Of a DNA stretch of 64,000 nt, positions 28,701-35,896 are shown piece by piece. Where the stretch lies: the IMG/VR virus record IMGVR_UViG_3300034103_000446, positions 1 through 64,000 of that record; one strand, given 5' to 3'. The notes below the pieces were generated by a model. The model did not search any database, was not told the DNA's origin, and saw only the letters and a program-made list of their open reading frames with translations. Source of the stretch: a virus. The first letter of the stretch is position 1; each line of letters begins with the position of its first letter. The position numbers were made by a program, and so were the translations under genes.

Positions 28701-30949
28701 ATCGGTCCACCTGTTAATGCCCACTGAGTAGCAAAGTGATAGATATACGGCGGGCTTGTTCTGTCTGGATGCCATGAGAAATCAAAACCAGTCACATCAC
28801 AATTAACGGGAATAGTCCAGTTACTGTCTGAAACTAATGCTTTTACTTTTTGTGAGTCAACATACTTAACTTCAAATGCGTCCTGCACAATATAACGAGG
28901 ACCGCCTGTTTTCTGCCATTGAGTACCAAACTCATATATAAATGCCGGCTCTTTTGGATTGGGTTTCCAACTAAAGTCAAAACCATCACAATCAATATCG
29001 TCAGGTACTTCCCAGTTAGTCATATCAACATCTAAGGTTGCTATAACATTGTTAACATACTTGATTTGTTTTGCGCCGGGCATTGAGTATTCAATGGTAG
29101 GCATAATTTCTGCTGGATATAGATTGTTTCCAAATACATAGATATATGGCTCATCAGTATCATCTGGATGCCATGACCAATCAAAGTCTTTGATTTTGTA
29201 GTTGTTTAATATTGCAAAGTTTTTCTTATTTGATAGGCGCTTTGCTTTTATAACACGAGTGTCAATATATTTAATAGCACTATTCTTATGAATCCCGGGC
29301 GTTTTATAAATCGGGCCGCCTGTCTTCTGATGCTGTGTACCGAACTGATAAATGTAGGGCTCGTCCTGCGCATATGGATGCCATGAGAAATCAAATGCAT
29401 CACTGTCAATATAATCAGGTACTTCCCAATTGTCTTTATTTGGTAGTGCAATAGCACTTGGATGTTCAACATACTTAATTTCTGTTGCACCTTCCATGTG
29501 GTATATAGGGCCACCAGTTAATGCCCATTGGGTAGCAAAATGATATGTGTATGATGGACTAGTGCTATCAGGATGCCAACTAAAATCAAAGCCAGTTACA
29601 TCACAATTAGTAGGAATAGTCCATCCGTCGGTATTGGCCAATGCTTTGACTTTTTGAAATTCTATGTACTTAACTTCCGTTGCACCTTCGACTACATAAC
29701 GAGGTCCACCTGTTTTCTGCCATTGAGTGCCAAACTCGTATATAAATGCAGGGTCTGCTGGGCTAGGTTCCCAACTAAAATCAAAGCCAGTCGTGTCTAC
29801 ATTAGCAGGCACTTCCCAATTGTCCATGCATGGTTTGCGCTTTGATCTAGCTTCCATGAACTTGTATTCTGTAGCACCTTCTACTACATACTGAATACTA
29901 ACTTTATCTTCAGGCTTGTTCCATTGATTACCCCATGCATAAATGTATGGAGGGGCAGTTGGATTAGGTACCCAACTATAATCAATGCTGTCAGCTTTCT
30001 CTAAATGCTCAAACTTTTCTGCATGGGCGCTTAACTTAGCTTTCATATCATGCAGGTATTTTCTTTCAGTAGCATTTGGCATGTGATACTCAATTGTCGG
30101 CATCACTCCGGCTTCGTATTGCTCATTACCAAATACATATATGAAGTCAGGTTCTCTAGGATCAGGTCTCCAGCAGAAATCAAAAGTTGTTTTATCTACA
30201 TCATGTATGATATCCCACTGATCCCATTCAGGCAACACCGGAACAAGTTCATTCATGTATTTCTTTTCAGTTGCTCCCGGTACATGATATTCTAGTGTTG
30301 CTTTCAGCTTACCATCTACATATTTGTTACCCCATACATATATGAATGGAGGATCCATTGGATCAGGTCTCCAACTCATATCCCATCGGATCCTGTCTAC
30401 TTTTTGAACCTCAACGATGCTATTCCAATTAGGCAATAACTCTACTATAGTGTTCATGTATTTTATATCAGTTGCTCCTGGCACGTGATATTCTAAACAG
30501 GTGCTTAATTCTGCAGGTGCATACTTAGAACCCCATCTATAAATGAATGGAGGGTCTGTTGGATCAGGATGCCAACTAAAGTCCCACTTTTCTACGTTGA
30601 TGTTTTCTAGTATCTTCCAATTGTCAGATACTATGTTCTTTCTTTTGAGAGGCTCAACATCACACCGATACACAATAACATCACTCTTGTTATTTGCGCA
30701 CAGCCACGTGCCGCTATCTTTTTGATGGAGACTAGGCCACACATTGTTGTGATCTTCTGCCCAAACATCACTGTCAGGTAAAAACTCAAAATCAAAATCC
30801 CAATCAAAGTTAGTATAGTCACAGAATTCGTTGATGATCCAAAAGTGTTCTGTTGTTGCTTTTTTTCTAGCGTCTACTAAATTTTTAGCAGGTTGTTCTT
30901 TTGGATGGACATTCGGCTTAGTGCCGAAATAAAAAACATCTCTTAGCAT
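22796..30949 (-). CDS. Giant (2717 aa) tandem-repeat protein with C-terminal GT-A-like domain
   Basis: ~30 repeats of FDFSWHP..PYIY.FG; the C-terminal domain is homologous to 55306..56259. Confidence 0.85.
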   Translation of the reverse strand: MLRDVFYFGTKPNVHPKEQPAKNLVDARKKATTEHFWIINEFCDYTNFDWDFDFEFLPDSDVWAEDHNNVWPSLHQKDSGTWLCANNKSDVIVYRCDVEPLKRKNIVSDNWKILENINVEKWDFSWHPDPTDPPFIYRWGSKYAPAELSTCLEYHVPGATDIKYMNTIVELLPNWNSIVEVQKVDRIRWDMSWRPDPMDPPFIYVWGNKYVDGKLKATLEYHVPGATEKKYMNELVPVLPEWDQWDIIHDVDKTTFDFCWRPDPREPDFIYVFGNEQYEAGVMPTIEYHMPNATERKYLHDMKAKLSAHAEKFEHLEKADSIDYSWVPNPTAPPYIYAWGNQWNKPEDKVSIQYVVEGATEYKFMEARSKRKPCMDNWEVPANVDTTGFDFSWEPSPADPAFIYEFGTQWQKTGGPRYVVEGATEVKYIEFQKVKALANTDGWTIPTNCDVTGFDFSWHPDSTSPSYTYHFATQWALTGGPIYHMEGATEIKYVEHPSAIALPNKDNWEVPDYIDSDAFDFSWHPYAQDEPYIYQFGTQHQKTGGPIYKTPGIHKNSAIKYIDTRVIKAKRLSNKKNFAILNNYKIKDFDWSWHPDDTDEPYIYVFGNNLYPAEIMPTIEYSMPGAKQIKYVNNVIATLDVDMTNWEVPDDIDCDGFDFSWKPNPKEPAFIYEFGTQWQKTGGPRYIVQDAFEVKYVDSQKVKALVSDSNWTIPVNCDVTGFDFSWHPDRTSPPYIYHFATQWALTGGPIYTCPDAVETKYLDEPSAIALPNKDNWEIPSYIDSDAFDFSWHPYVEDQPYIYQFGTQHQKTGGPRYLTPGSLPSSPVKYIDTRIIRSIRKPSKKNFAILNNYKIKDFDWSWHPDDTDEPYIYVFGNNQHPAEIMPTIEYVVPGATQIKYVSDVIAVLDVDMTNWEVPDNTDTSTFDFSWRPNPKDPAFIYQFGTQHQKTGGPRYVVPDADEVKYVSTHQVTALPTKDNWTVPSYVDTTDFDFSWHPDDTSPPYIYHFATQWALTGGPVYTVPGASETKYLEEPSAIALENKDNWKVPNEIDADSFDFSWHPYVEDQPYVYQFGTQHQKTGGPKYITPGVIPSSPVKYIDTRILKAIRKPSKKNFAILNNYKIKEFDFTWHPDETDEPYIYVFGNNQHPAEIMPTIEYVVPGAKQIKYVNNIMAVLDVDMTNWEVPDDIDTTDFDFSWKPNPKDPAFIYQFGTQWQKTGGPRYVVPGADEVKYVSTQKVKALPNQNNWTIPTHIDVTGFDFSWHPDDTSPAYIYHFATQWALTGGPIYTVPGAVETKYLEEPSAIALENKDNWEVPEHVDVSDFDFSWHPYVEDQPYIYQFGTQWQKTGGPKYVTPGVIPSSPVKYIDTRILKSKRLPNKKNFAILNNYKIKEFDWSWHPDETDEPYIYVFGNTQHPAEIMPTVEYKVPGAKQIKYVSDVIAVLDVDMTNWEVPASVDTTGFDFSWKPNPKDPAFIYEFSTQWQKTGGPRYIVPDATEVKYVTTQKVKALPDHDKWTLPENIDVTDFDFSWHPDSTSPPYNYHFATQWALSGGPVYKMDGAIATKYMDSPSAKALPNKTNWEVPVDIDESDFDFSWHPYAEDDPYIYQFGTQWQKTGGPRYVTPGAKRSAPVKYIDTRVITSKKLPTKSKFNVLNNLSVASFDWSWHPDDTDGEFIYVFGNTQYPAEVMPTIEYRSSPYAEKIKYVNDVKATLATDLTGWDVPSKIDVSQFDFSWKPNPNDPPYIYQFGTQHQKTGGPKYTVSGATEVKYVEESTAKSVASKKHWFVPPSINSSVFDFSWHPDDTDELFIYQFGTQWQKTGGPRYVPEGATSDTPVKYCSDIKSIHLKDKKNFTTLIEHDIKDFDYSWHPDDTEKPYIYRFGNKQYSAEIMPTIEYKVPGAVQTKYVTDIVAILSPNRKNWVVPKNIQAESFDFSWIPNPNDPPYIYQFGTQHQKTNGPRYEVFGATDIKYVDDIRAKRKEDKTNWVIPNGVAVNDFDFSWHPDELAPPYVYQFGTMVDDKDGPKYVTPGHTGEIVYKLRITKPYENELATSIPDQVVVPEYYIETTLEDLINQHSSEVFWALNKNIDYTGFDFDWRPEVINVAWESDYVHVFGSPDSVTTHTYFVNARSYLDGKKDLKFVEDASLNEGYLSRLFIKPDMFFVDRGNPESAHRYEELKIKFGNIQKTRYLNSWVDTINRCINRSTTELCWILNSELDYTDFDFNYYPNPWQMKMVHVFGTQWSHWGTTFIVNRDTFSADTKYIKIIEHLSNLNFIKDRTAKATNVLYDVYYIDHGNTPNLPLANVVPYDTDYLTTFKNIISKLPEKKEHYIWIASTVCDYESFDFTYICDPFAREQLHVFPSDKQKFGDTFLVNVNKLRELIKDMESLKDYDKINFNQHQRTKRLAAPVIVSDFDSHVATVMQDFDFPYATFVTSDNKDIVVVEEEPMNLWDIESKNILITSTGGTRIVVPKEAKQYVETQLYDYPYIKTASRLAKSNPLDIVFLSNGEACADENYEHLLKATKGLPNRIVRVDGVNGRVEAYHAAAEASNTPWMFTVFAKLKVNTKFDFNWQPDRLQIPKHYMFLAKNPVNGLIYGHQGMIAYNKQMTLDNLGYGLDFTLDSPHETIELLSGIATYNIDEWSTWRTAFREVIKLKKEDSEISNSRLEVWLTKATGEFAQSSLDGAKDGIDYYNEVDGKTDKLKLSYEWAWLRERFNK
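25810..29830 (-). repeat. Five coding super-repeats of 804 bp (268 aa), each made of four ~67-aa subunits
   Basis: The anchor attgcaaa (NFAIL) lies at 26799, 27603, 28407 and 29211, exactly 804 bp apart; block ends are approximate. Confidence 0.9.
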
Positions 30950-32428
30950 TTATGATATCACTTTAACATTGTACAATTTTTCGAATCTATCGGCATCAAG
31001 TCTATCATTGACCATTGGCTCACCTCTGATATTAAGGGAGGTATTTAACAGTATAGGGCATCCAGTCAAGACATACCACTTTTCGAGTAGTTCTCTGACT
31101 CCGCTTCCATCTTTCGGCACAGTTTGAACACGACTAGTCCCGTCATGATGAACGATAGCAGGAAATAAGTCAGGATGCCTGCAACGAGCGATGACTTGCA
31201 TATACCTACTGTCACTCCAATTACGAGGCATGTCAAAATAATTATGAACATGCTCCTCCAAAATAATGGGCGCAAATGGTCTGAATTTTTGTCTGCGTTT
31301 AATTTCATTTACAGTATCCTTTATTGTATCACCTCTGGGGTCTGCAAGCAATGACCTATTACCCAATGCACGTGGACCGAACTCTGCACGACCTGAGGCT
31401 ACACCTACTATTTTAGTCTTAACTAGTTCGTCAATGATACGATTACTGGGATAATTGCCTGGAATGTCATGCCCTAAGAAAGCATCTACCCAGTTCAACT
31501 TCTTACCGTAGCCCAACGCAGCAGCACCTAAACTAGAACCACAGTCACCTGGATTAGGTACTATCCACATATCATTGAAGTAGTCACCTAAGTTTCTATT
31601 TGCTAGACAGTTAAGTGCGACTCCGCCTCCATATACTAAGTTGCGACTCTTGCCTAACATACGGGCTTTTGCCATGACGGTGTTAATTAGATATTCTACT
31701 AATGCCTGGGCACTGGCGGCAACGTCCATTTCATTAGCGCCTTCTAAAAAGTTTTCAGGGACACCAATGTGTAGGTTTTCTTTGAAATCTATTTTGGTGC
31801 TATTTTCTAACAACTTAGATTCAATGGTATTAAAATGTATAGGTTTACCGTACGCAGCCATACCCATTAGAATGTATTCTTCATCTAGTGGACGTAGACC
31901 AACGTGCTGAGTCATTGCACTATAATATAAACCAATACTGTGTGGATATTTTTTAGTCCAAAGTTTCTTGTATTGGGCATAGCCATTTTCATCGTACCAA
32001 GCATCCCATATAGAGATACAATCGATCTCACCGATAGCATCAATTACTACAACCGTAGCATCATTGTATGGACTTGTTTGAAAGCCGGCAGCGGCATGAC
32101 TTAAATGATGATTGTGTGTAACGACTTTTGGGTTGTTAAACACATCGAGAATAGATTTACCTATACGCATTTTAGCGGTACGTAAATCTAATTTTTGTCC
32201 TGCTCGTAATTGTCGTAATGCAGTCATCCAAGGACGTTCATAATAATGAATTTCACATTCATCAGTTAGAGTCTTGGCTGCGTCTATTGCCAATCCAGAG
32301 CATAATTCAGCGTCATGCTTTTGCTTGCTATAACGCTCACTATGACCTGCAAATAAAATGTTGCCATTCGAATCCACAACAGAGATACCGGCGTCATGGA
32401 AGCCGTTGCTTATTCCTACGTAGTTCAT
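30950..32428 (-). CDS. Carbamoyltransferase (NodU/CmcH/TobZ family)
   Basis: HDAG, ERYSK.KHD, HHLSHAA, GGVALNC, EFGPRALGNRS, FRPFAP, LLNTSLN. Confidence 0.95.
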   Translation of the reverse strand: MNYVGISNGFHDAGISVVDSNGNILFAGHSERYSKQKHDAELCSGLAIDAAKTLTDECEIHYYERPWMTALRQLRAGQKLDLRTAKMRIGKSILDVFNNPKVVTHNHHLSHAAAGFQTSPYNDATVVVIDAIGEIDCISIWDAWYDENGYAQYKKLWTKKYPHSIGLYYSAMTQHVGLRPLDEEYILMGMAAYGKPIHFNTIESKLLENSTKIDFKENLHIGVPENFLEGANEMDVAASAQALVEYLINTVMAKARMLGKSRNLVYGGGVALNCLANRNLGDYFNDMWIVPNPGDCGSSLGAAALGYGKKLNWVDAFLGHDIPGNYPSNRIIDELVKTKIVGVASGRAEFGPRALGNRSLLADPRGDTIKDTVNEIKRRQKFRPFAPIILEEHVHNYFDMPRNWSDSRYMQVIARCRHPDLFPAIVHHDGTSRVQTVPKDGSGVRELLEKWYVLTGCPILLNTSLNIRGEPMVNDRLDADRFEKLYNVKVIS

Positions 32429-32433
32429 TCAAA

Positions 32434-32532
32434 TCACTTGTAGATAAATGGGTCACGTTTACGTAGTTCTTTGATGCGTTTGCGATATTTGTATTCTTTG
32501 ACTAGGTTTTTGAAAAATCTGATTATAAACAT
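32434..32532 (-). CDS. 32-aa basic peptide directly upstream of the carbamoyltransferase
   Basis: Not in the track: MFIIRFFKNLVKEYKYRKRIKELRKRDPFIYK; SD aaggag. Confidence 0.65.
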   Translation of the reverse strand: MFIIRFFKNLVKEYKYRKRIKELRKRDPFIYK

Positions 32533-32562
32533 AGGAGCTCCTTAAATTCCTATGTATTTATA
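32530..32562 (-). promoter_or_regulatory. T4 late promoter TATAAATA plus a start-codon-sequestering hairpin
   Basis: TATAAATA at 32562-32555 followed by CATAGGA-atttaaggagc-TCCTATG. Confidence 0.6.
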
Positions 32563-32564
32563 AC

Positions 32565-34340
32565 TCAATACCTGTTAGGGCATTTTTCTAACAACGTTTT
32601 TCTGTTGTGTTCTAATATTGGCAACATTCTATTGTACATAATCTTGAGGTCGCTTATCGACATATTGTTGATTTGATCTATAATATCAAATATTGCAAAG
32701 AGCCTGGATTCATGATCTTCCAATGCATCATATGACTCATCCCAAAAATCACCAAACGTTTCAAAGCCTTGCTCTTTAAGATAATGCAATGTATGAGGAG
32801 GTGCTACTAACACAAACGGCTTCATATAGAACATAGGTCTATACACTTTTTCGCTATAGTTAGCAGTAGGCTGTGCGAACCTAGATTCATTTACAATGTC
32901 AACAAAAACATCTGCATATGCTGTTTTCAAACGGTCTTTATTGTCACCAAAACTCTGAGTTTTGTGATCAAATATCATTCCTGTAGGAAACATCTTTTTG
33001 AAATAACTATGAGAAATTAATGTGTGCTCTTTGACTTTTAAATCAATGTTCCACGGTGATTTAGAATTCAACTTGTTAAATCCAGTAATCATCTTTTGGA
33101 ATGTATTTGGATTCTTCTGTAACCAATGATGTATACTGTACCAGGGTTCTACACTGACTACACTCATGTCAGATTTAAAGTACCAGGTTAGATACGAATC
33201 TATTTCATAATTAGCCAAATACGCTGATACCAATTGACGATGTGGTGCATATCTCCAATTCATATTGATAAACTTTTTAGTAAAATCGCCGGTCTTAGTG
33301 TCGTCTAGTTGTTCAAATTCATTTATATCAAAAAACTTAACAAACAAATCATCTGCCTCAAGACGCATTTTTGATCTGTAATTTATGTAAAACTTTTGAA
33401 TATTATAGTCGCATGACTTGACAGTAACATTCTTTAATCCATTGTTATCAATGTATTTCTCGATGCTGTCTAGTTCAACTGCCCTTAAATCAAATTTACG
33501 CTGTACGTGGTCATAGTGAAACTCACTATAAAATAGCAATGAATGAACAGTACCATGAGGAGGATATTGCTGAGTATCGGTTGACCTGTAAGAACATAAC
33601 GGTTCATACAGATAAATCTCAACACCTGTTTCATTTAATTTTTGTACTGTCTCTGGATCGTGCTTGATGTTTTCTAATTCAGTAATTTCCCTATTATACA
33701 TGTAGATGTAGTAGGGTGTGGTTTTTTGCATAGCCTTATGCATATTAGCCATTATAGGTGCATCTAATGATTCTTTCTTAGTTTTTAGATCAGGAATGTT
33801 ATACCAATGCAAGCTAGAAATATCATCAAACGTAATCTTCGTACCTGTAATCTGTAATGTGTATCTGTCTTCTATGCCGATGTTACTAGCGGCATGTGAA
33901 ACATCACTGTCCCACATAAAATAGTCTCCGGCGACCCAATTAACCACTCCCACACCATCAATTTCTAAGTAATGTCCAGGTTGCCAATCTTCTAACATTA
34001 CCAATACTCTGACAACATTTTCATATTTTGCATCAAATAATTTCATGTATGTTTGAAAATGATCTACGTGTGTTGGCATAATTTCTAACTGTTGCATTTT
34101 GTAGAAATTATATGTCATGTTCTTTAGATCAAAAATGTTGTTAAATTGGTTGACCCACTCTGGCATAGGATTACGGTTATCATACATCGAGCCAGAAAAA
34201 CTTTTTACATAGTCATAACCTTTAGCTTTCCATTCTTCAAGTTCGCTATCCATTAATGGTTGTTTTACATATTCAAACTTCTTTACATCGTCAGTGTTCC
34301 AAAATCTACTTATGTGTCCTCTTGTCCATTTATTTGCCAT
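32565..34340 (-). CDS. Fusion: cupin/2OG-oxygenase-like N-terminus plus GT10-like domain
   Basis: N-terminal PTHVDH...SHAASN...RYTLQITG; C-terminal IVNES...SEKVYRP..MKPFVL...GFETF. Confidence 0.65.
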   Translation of the reverse strand: MANKWTRGHISRFWNTDDVKKFEYVKQPLMDSELEEWKAKGYDYVKSFSGSMYDNRNPMPEWVNQFNNIFDLKNMTYNFYKMQQLEIMPTHVDHFQTYMKLFDAKYENVVRVLVMLEDWQPGHYLEIDGVGVVNWVAGDYFMWDSDVSHAASNIGIEDRYTLQITGTKITFDDISSLHWYNIPDLKTKKESLDAPIMANMHKAMQKTTPYYIYMYNREITELENIKHDPETVQKLNETGVEIYLYEPLCSYRSTDTQQYPPHGTVHSLLFYSEFHYDHVQRKFDLRAVELDSIEKYIDNNGLKNVTVKSCDYNIQKFYINYRSKMRLEADDLFVKFFDINEFEQLDDTKTGDFTKKFINMNWRYAPHRQLVSAYLANYEIDSYLTWYFKSDMSVVSVEPWYSIHHWLQKNPNTFQKMITGFNKLNSKSPWNIDLKVKEHTLISHSYFKKMFPTGMIFDHKTQSFGDNKDRLKTAYADVFVDIVNESRFAQPTANYSEKVYRPMFYMKPFVLVAPPHTLHYLKEQGFETFGDFWDESYDALEDHESRLFAIFDIIDQINNMSISDLKIMYNRMLPILEHNRKTLLEKCPNRY

Positions 34341-35316
34341 TGTGATTTCTCTCTATGTCTAATGTCACGCAATGAAAGCAGCCTCCTAATGTACGTGCAT
34401 GGCGCATTGGCATCATTTTTACATCAACTTTATGCTTTTCTAATTCTATTCGTAACTGTTCTTGGTGTTCTTCTACTACTGCAAGGTTAGGATTGACGCT
34501 GAATAAGTTCACGCTAACCCATGTACTAGCATTACAGTAGCCAGGGTAATGACCTATGTCTACTGGTTCGGGTGCCCAAATAACATCCCATGATTGTAGT
34601 GGCTTGGGTAGTTGGTCTACTGACTTTATACGTGCCGGGTTCAATAACATCAGACCCTCACGCAATAACGCAATCGTGCTATCTAAGTGCATATAACTAT
34701 ACACACCTTCAATAGTATGTACTTTCTTGTCAGGATGTGCCATTTGCAATAGTTCAGCACCACTTTTGTTTCCGCTGTTACTTACAAGATAAAACAAATC
34801 ATCATTGCTTCTAAGTACATTGGCTGCATCGAACGCAGGTTCTGTCTCAGTCAGTGCTAATATGTCAGGATTACCCAAGCAACCACTGTTGTATAAACTA
34901 CTATCTCTAGGGAATCTAGGAACTAATACATCACCATACTGTGATAGTGTAGGCAACAATGCCTTGTATTCATCTTGTCTACTACGCAATGGCATAGGTG
35001 TAGCAATGATTGTGTCATCATGTATTAATACACTGTCACGTGGGCAATAGTTATAGTAACTAGGCACTACCGACTTATCCGGGCGATGTACTTTTACATG
35101 ACATGACTCTAAGAACTTACTGAACAAGTCTAAGTCTTCGTTAGCTTCGTCAATTACTTGTTTGGGGTATAACCCTGCTGATGGGATGTTATAGAACTTC
35201 TGTACATCAGCATAGTTAACCATACGCAAACTAGTATCTGCTATTGGAACCCGGGCATCATCTGCAATGCCCACTATAACTGATTTTAACGGATCCCATT
35301 CGTTCTTACTTAACAT
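34330..35316 (-). CDS. Amidinotransferase (glycine / inosamine-phosphate StrB-like)
   Basis: NEWDPLKSVIVG, CPRD, FDAAN, HLDS and GGCFHCVTLD (catalytic Cys). Confidence 0.92.
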   Translation of the reverse strand: MLSKNEWDPLKSVIVGIADDARVPIADTSLRMVNYADVQKFYNIPSAGLYPKQVIDEANEDLDLFSKFLESCHVKVHRPDKSVVPSYYNYCPRDSVLIHDDTIIATPMPLRSRQDEYKALLPTLSQYGDVLVPRFPRDSSLYNSGCLGNPDILALTETEPAFDAANVLRSNDDLFYLVSNSGNKSGAELLQMAHPDKKVHTIEGVYSYMHLDSTIALLREGLMLLNPARIKSVDQLPKPLQSWDVIWAPEPVDIGHYPGYCNASTWVSVNLFSVNPNLAVVEEHQEQLRIELEKHKVDVKMMPMRHARTLGGCFHCVTLDIERNHNGK

Positions 35317-35896
35317 TAAATACTTTCATCGTTGATATATCGGGGTAGTCTTTATACGACCATTGTTTAGGTTCTGATTCTTTTGCTTGTTTGAGTTTAT
35401 TTAAACCTAGCTGTGCTGTCTCTGGGGTCATATAGTAATGGTAACCCAATGTATCTACATCTTGTTCAGCCCAGAGTACATCAGGCACTCTGCCGTCATA
35501 ACTCATTTTCTTTAATTGGATTGCCGCTTCACTGTCATCGGTGAGTATCATACCACCACGACCCAAATTCAAATGCTTGCGATATTGAAACGACAAGCAC
35601 ATAAATGCGTCAGGTATATACGAATCACGCTTCCAATACACTGCGGCATCAATAATATTTGTACCACCTATACGATAATAGTCTTTCCAATATGTATCAG
35701 TAAACTTCCAATCTATAGCAAGCTTCTCAAATGTCATAGGAACACTGAGATATGTATGTTTAGGAGTAGTTGCAGTTTTTACATCTTGTAGTCGCAAACA
35801 TAGCTCAATAGCATGTGTACAGCAATCAGTAGCAATAGCATACTTAGCCCCATAGAAGTCTGCTATCTGTTTTTCTAGCTCACTGACTTCTTTCAT
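35306..35896 (-). CDS. Short DegT-like PLP-dependent aminotransferase
   Basis: CTHAIELCL, IIDAA and SFQYRKHL...GGMILTDD; only 196 aa. Confidence 0.75.
   Translation of the reverse strand: MKEVSELEKQIADFYGAKYAIATDCCTHAIELCLRLQDVKTATTPKHTYLSVPMTFEKLAIDWKFTDTYWKDYYRIGGTNIIDAAVYWKRDSYIPDAFMCLSFQYRKHLNLGRGGMILTDDSEAAIQLKKMSYDGRVPDVLWAEQDVDTLGYHYYMTPETAQLGLNKLKQAKESEPKQWSYKDYPDISTMKVFNVK

Noticed and set aside
25810-29830. CRISPR array or diversity-generating retroelement in the repeat region
   Set aside because: The repeats are in-frame coding units with mostly synonymous variation. There are no spacers, cas genes or reverse transcriptase in the window.
30950-35316. Saxitoxin-like cluster (SxtI, SxtK and SxtG analogues)
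   Set aside because: No SxtA PKS-like enzyme or other core sxt genes are present, and the context is glycosyltransferases.
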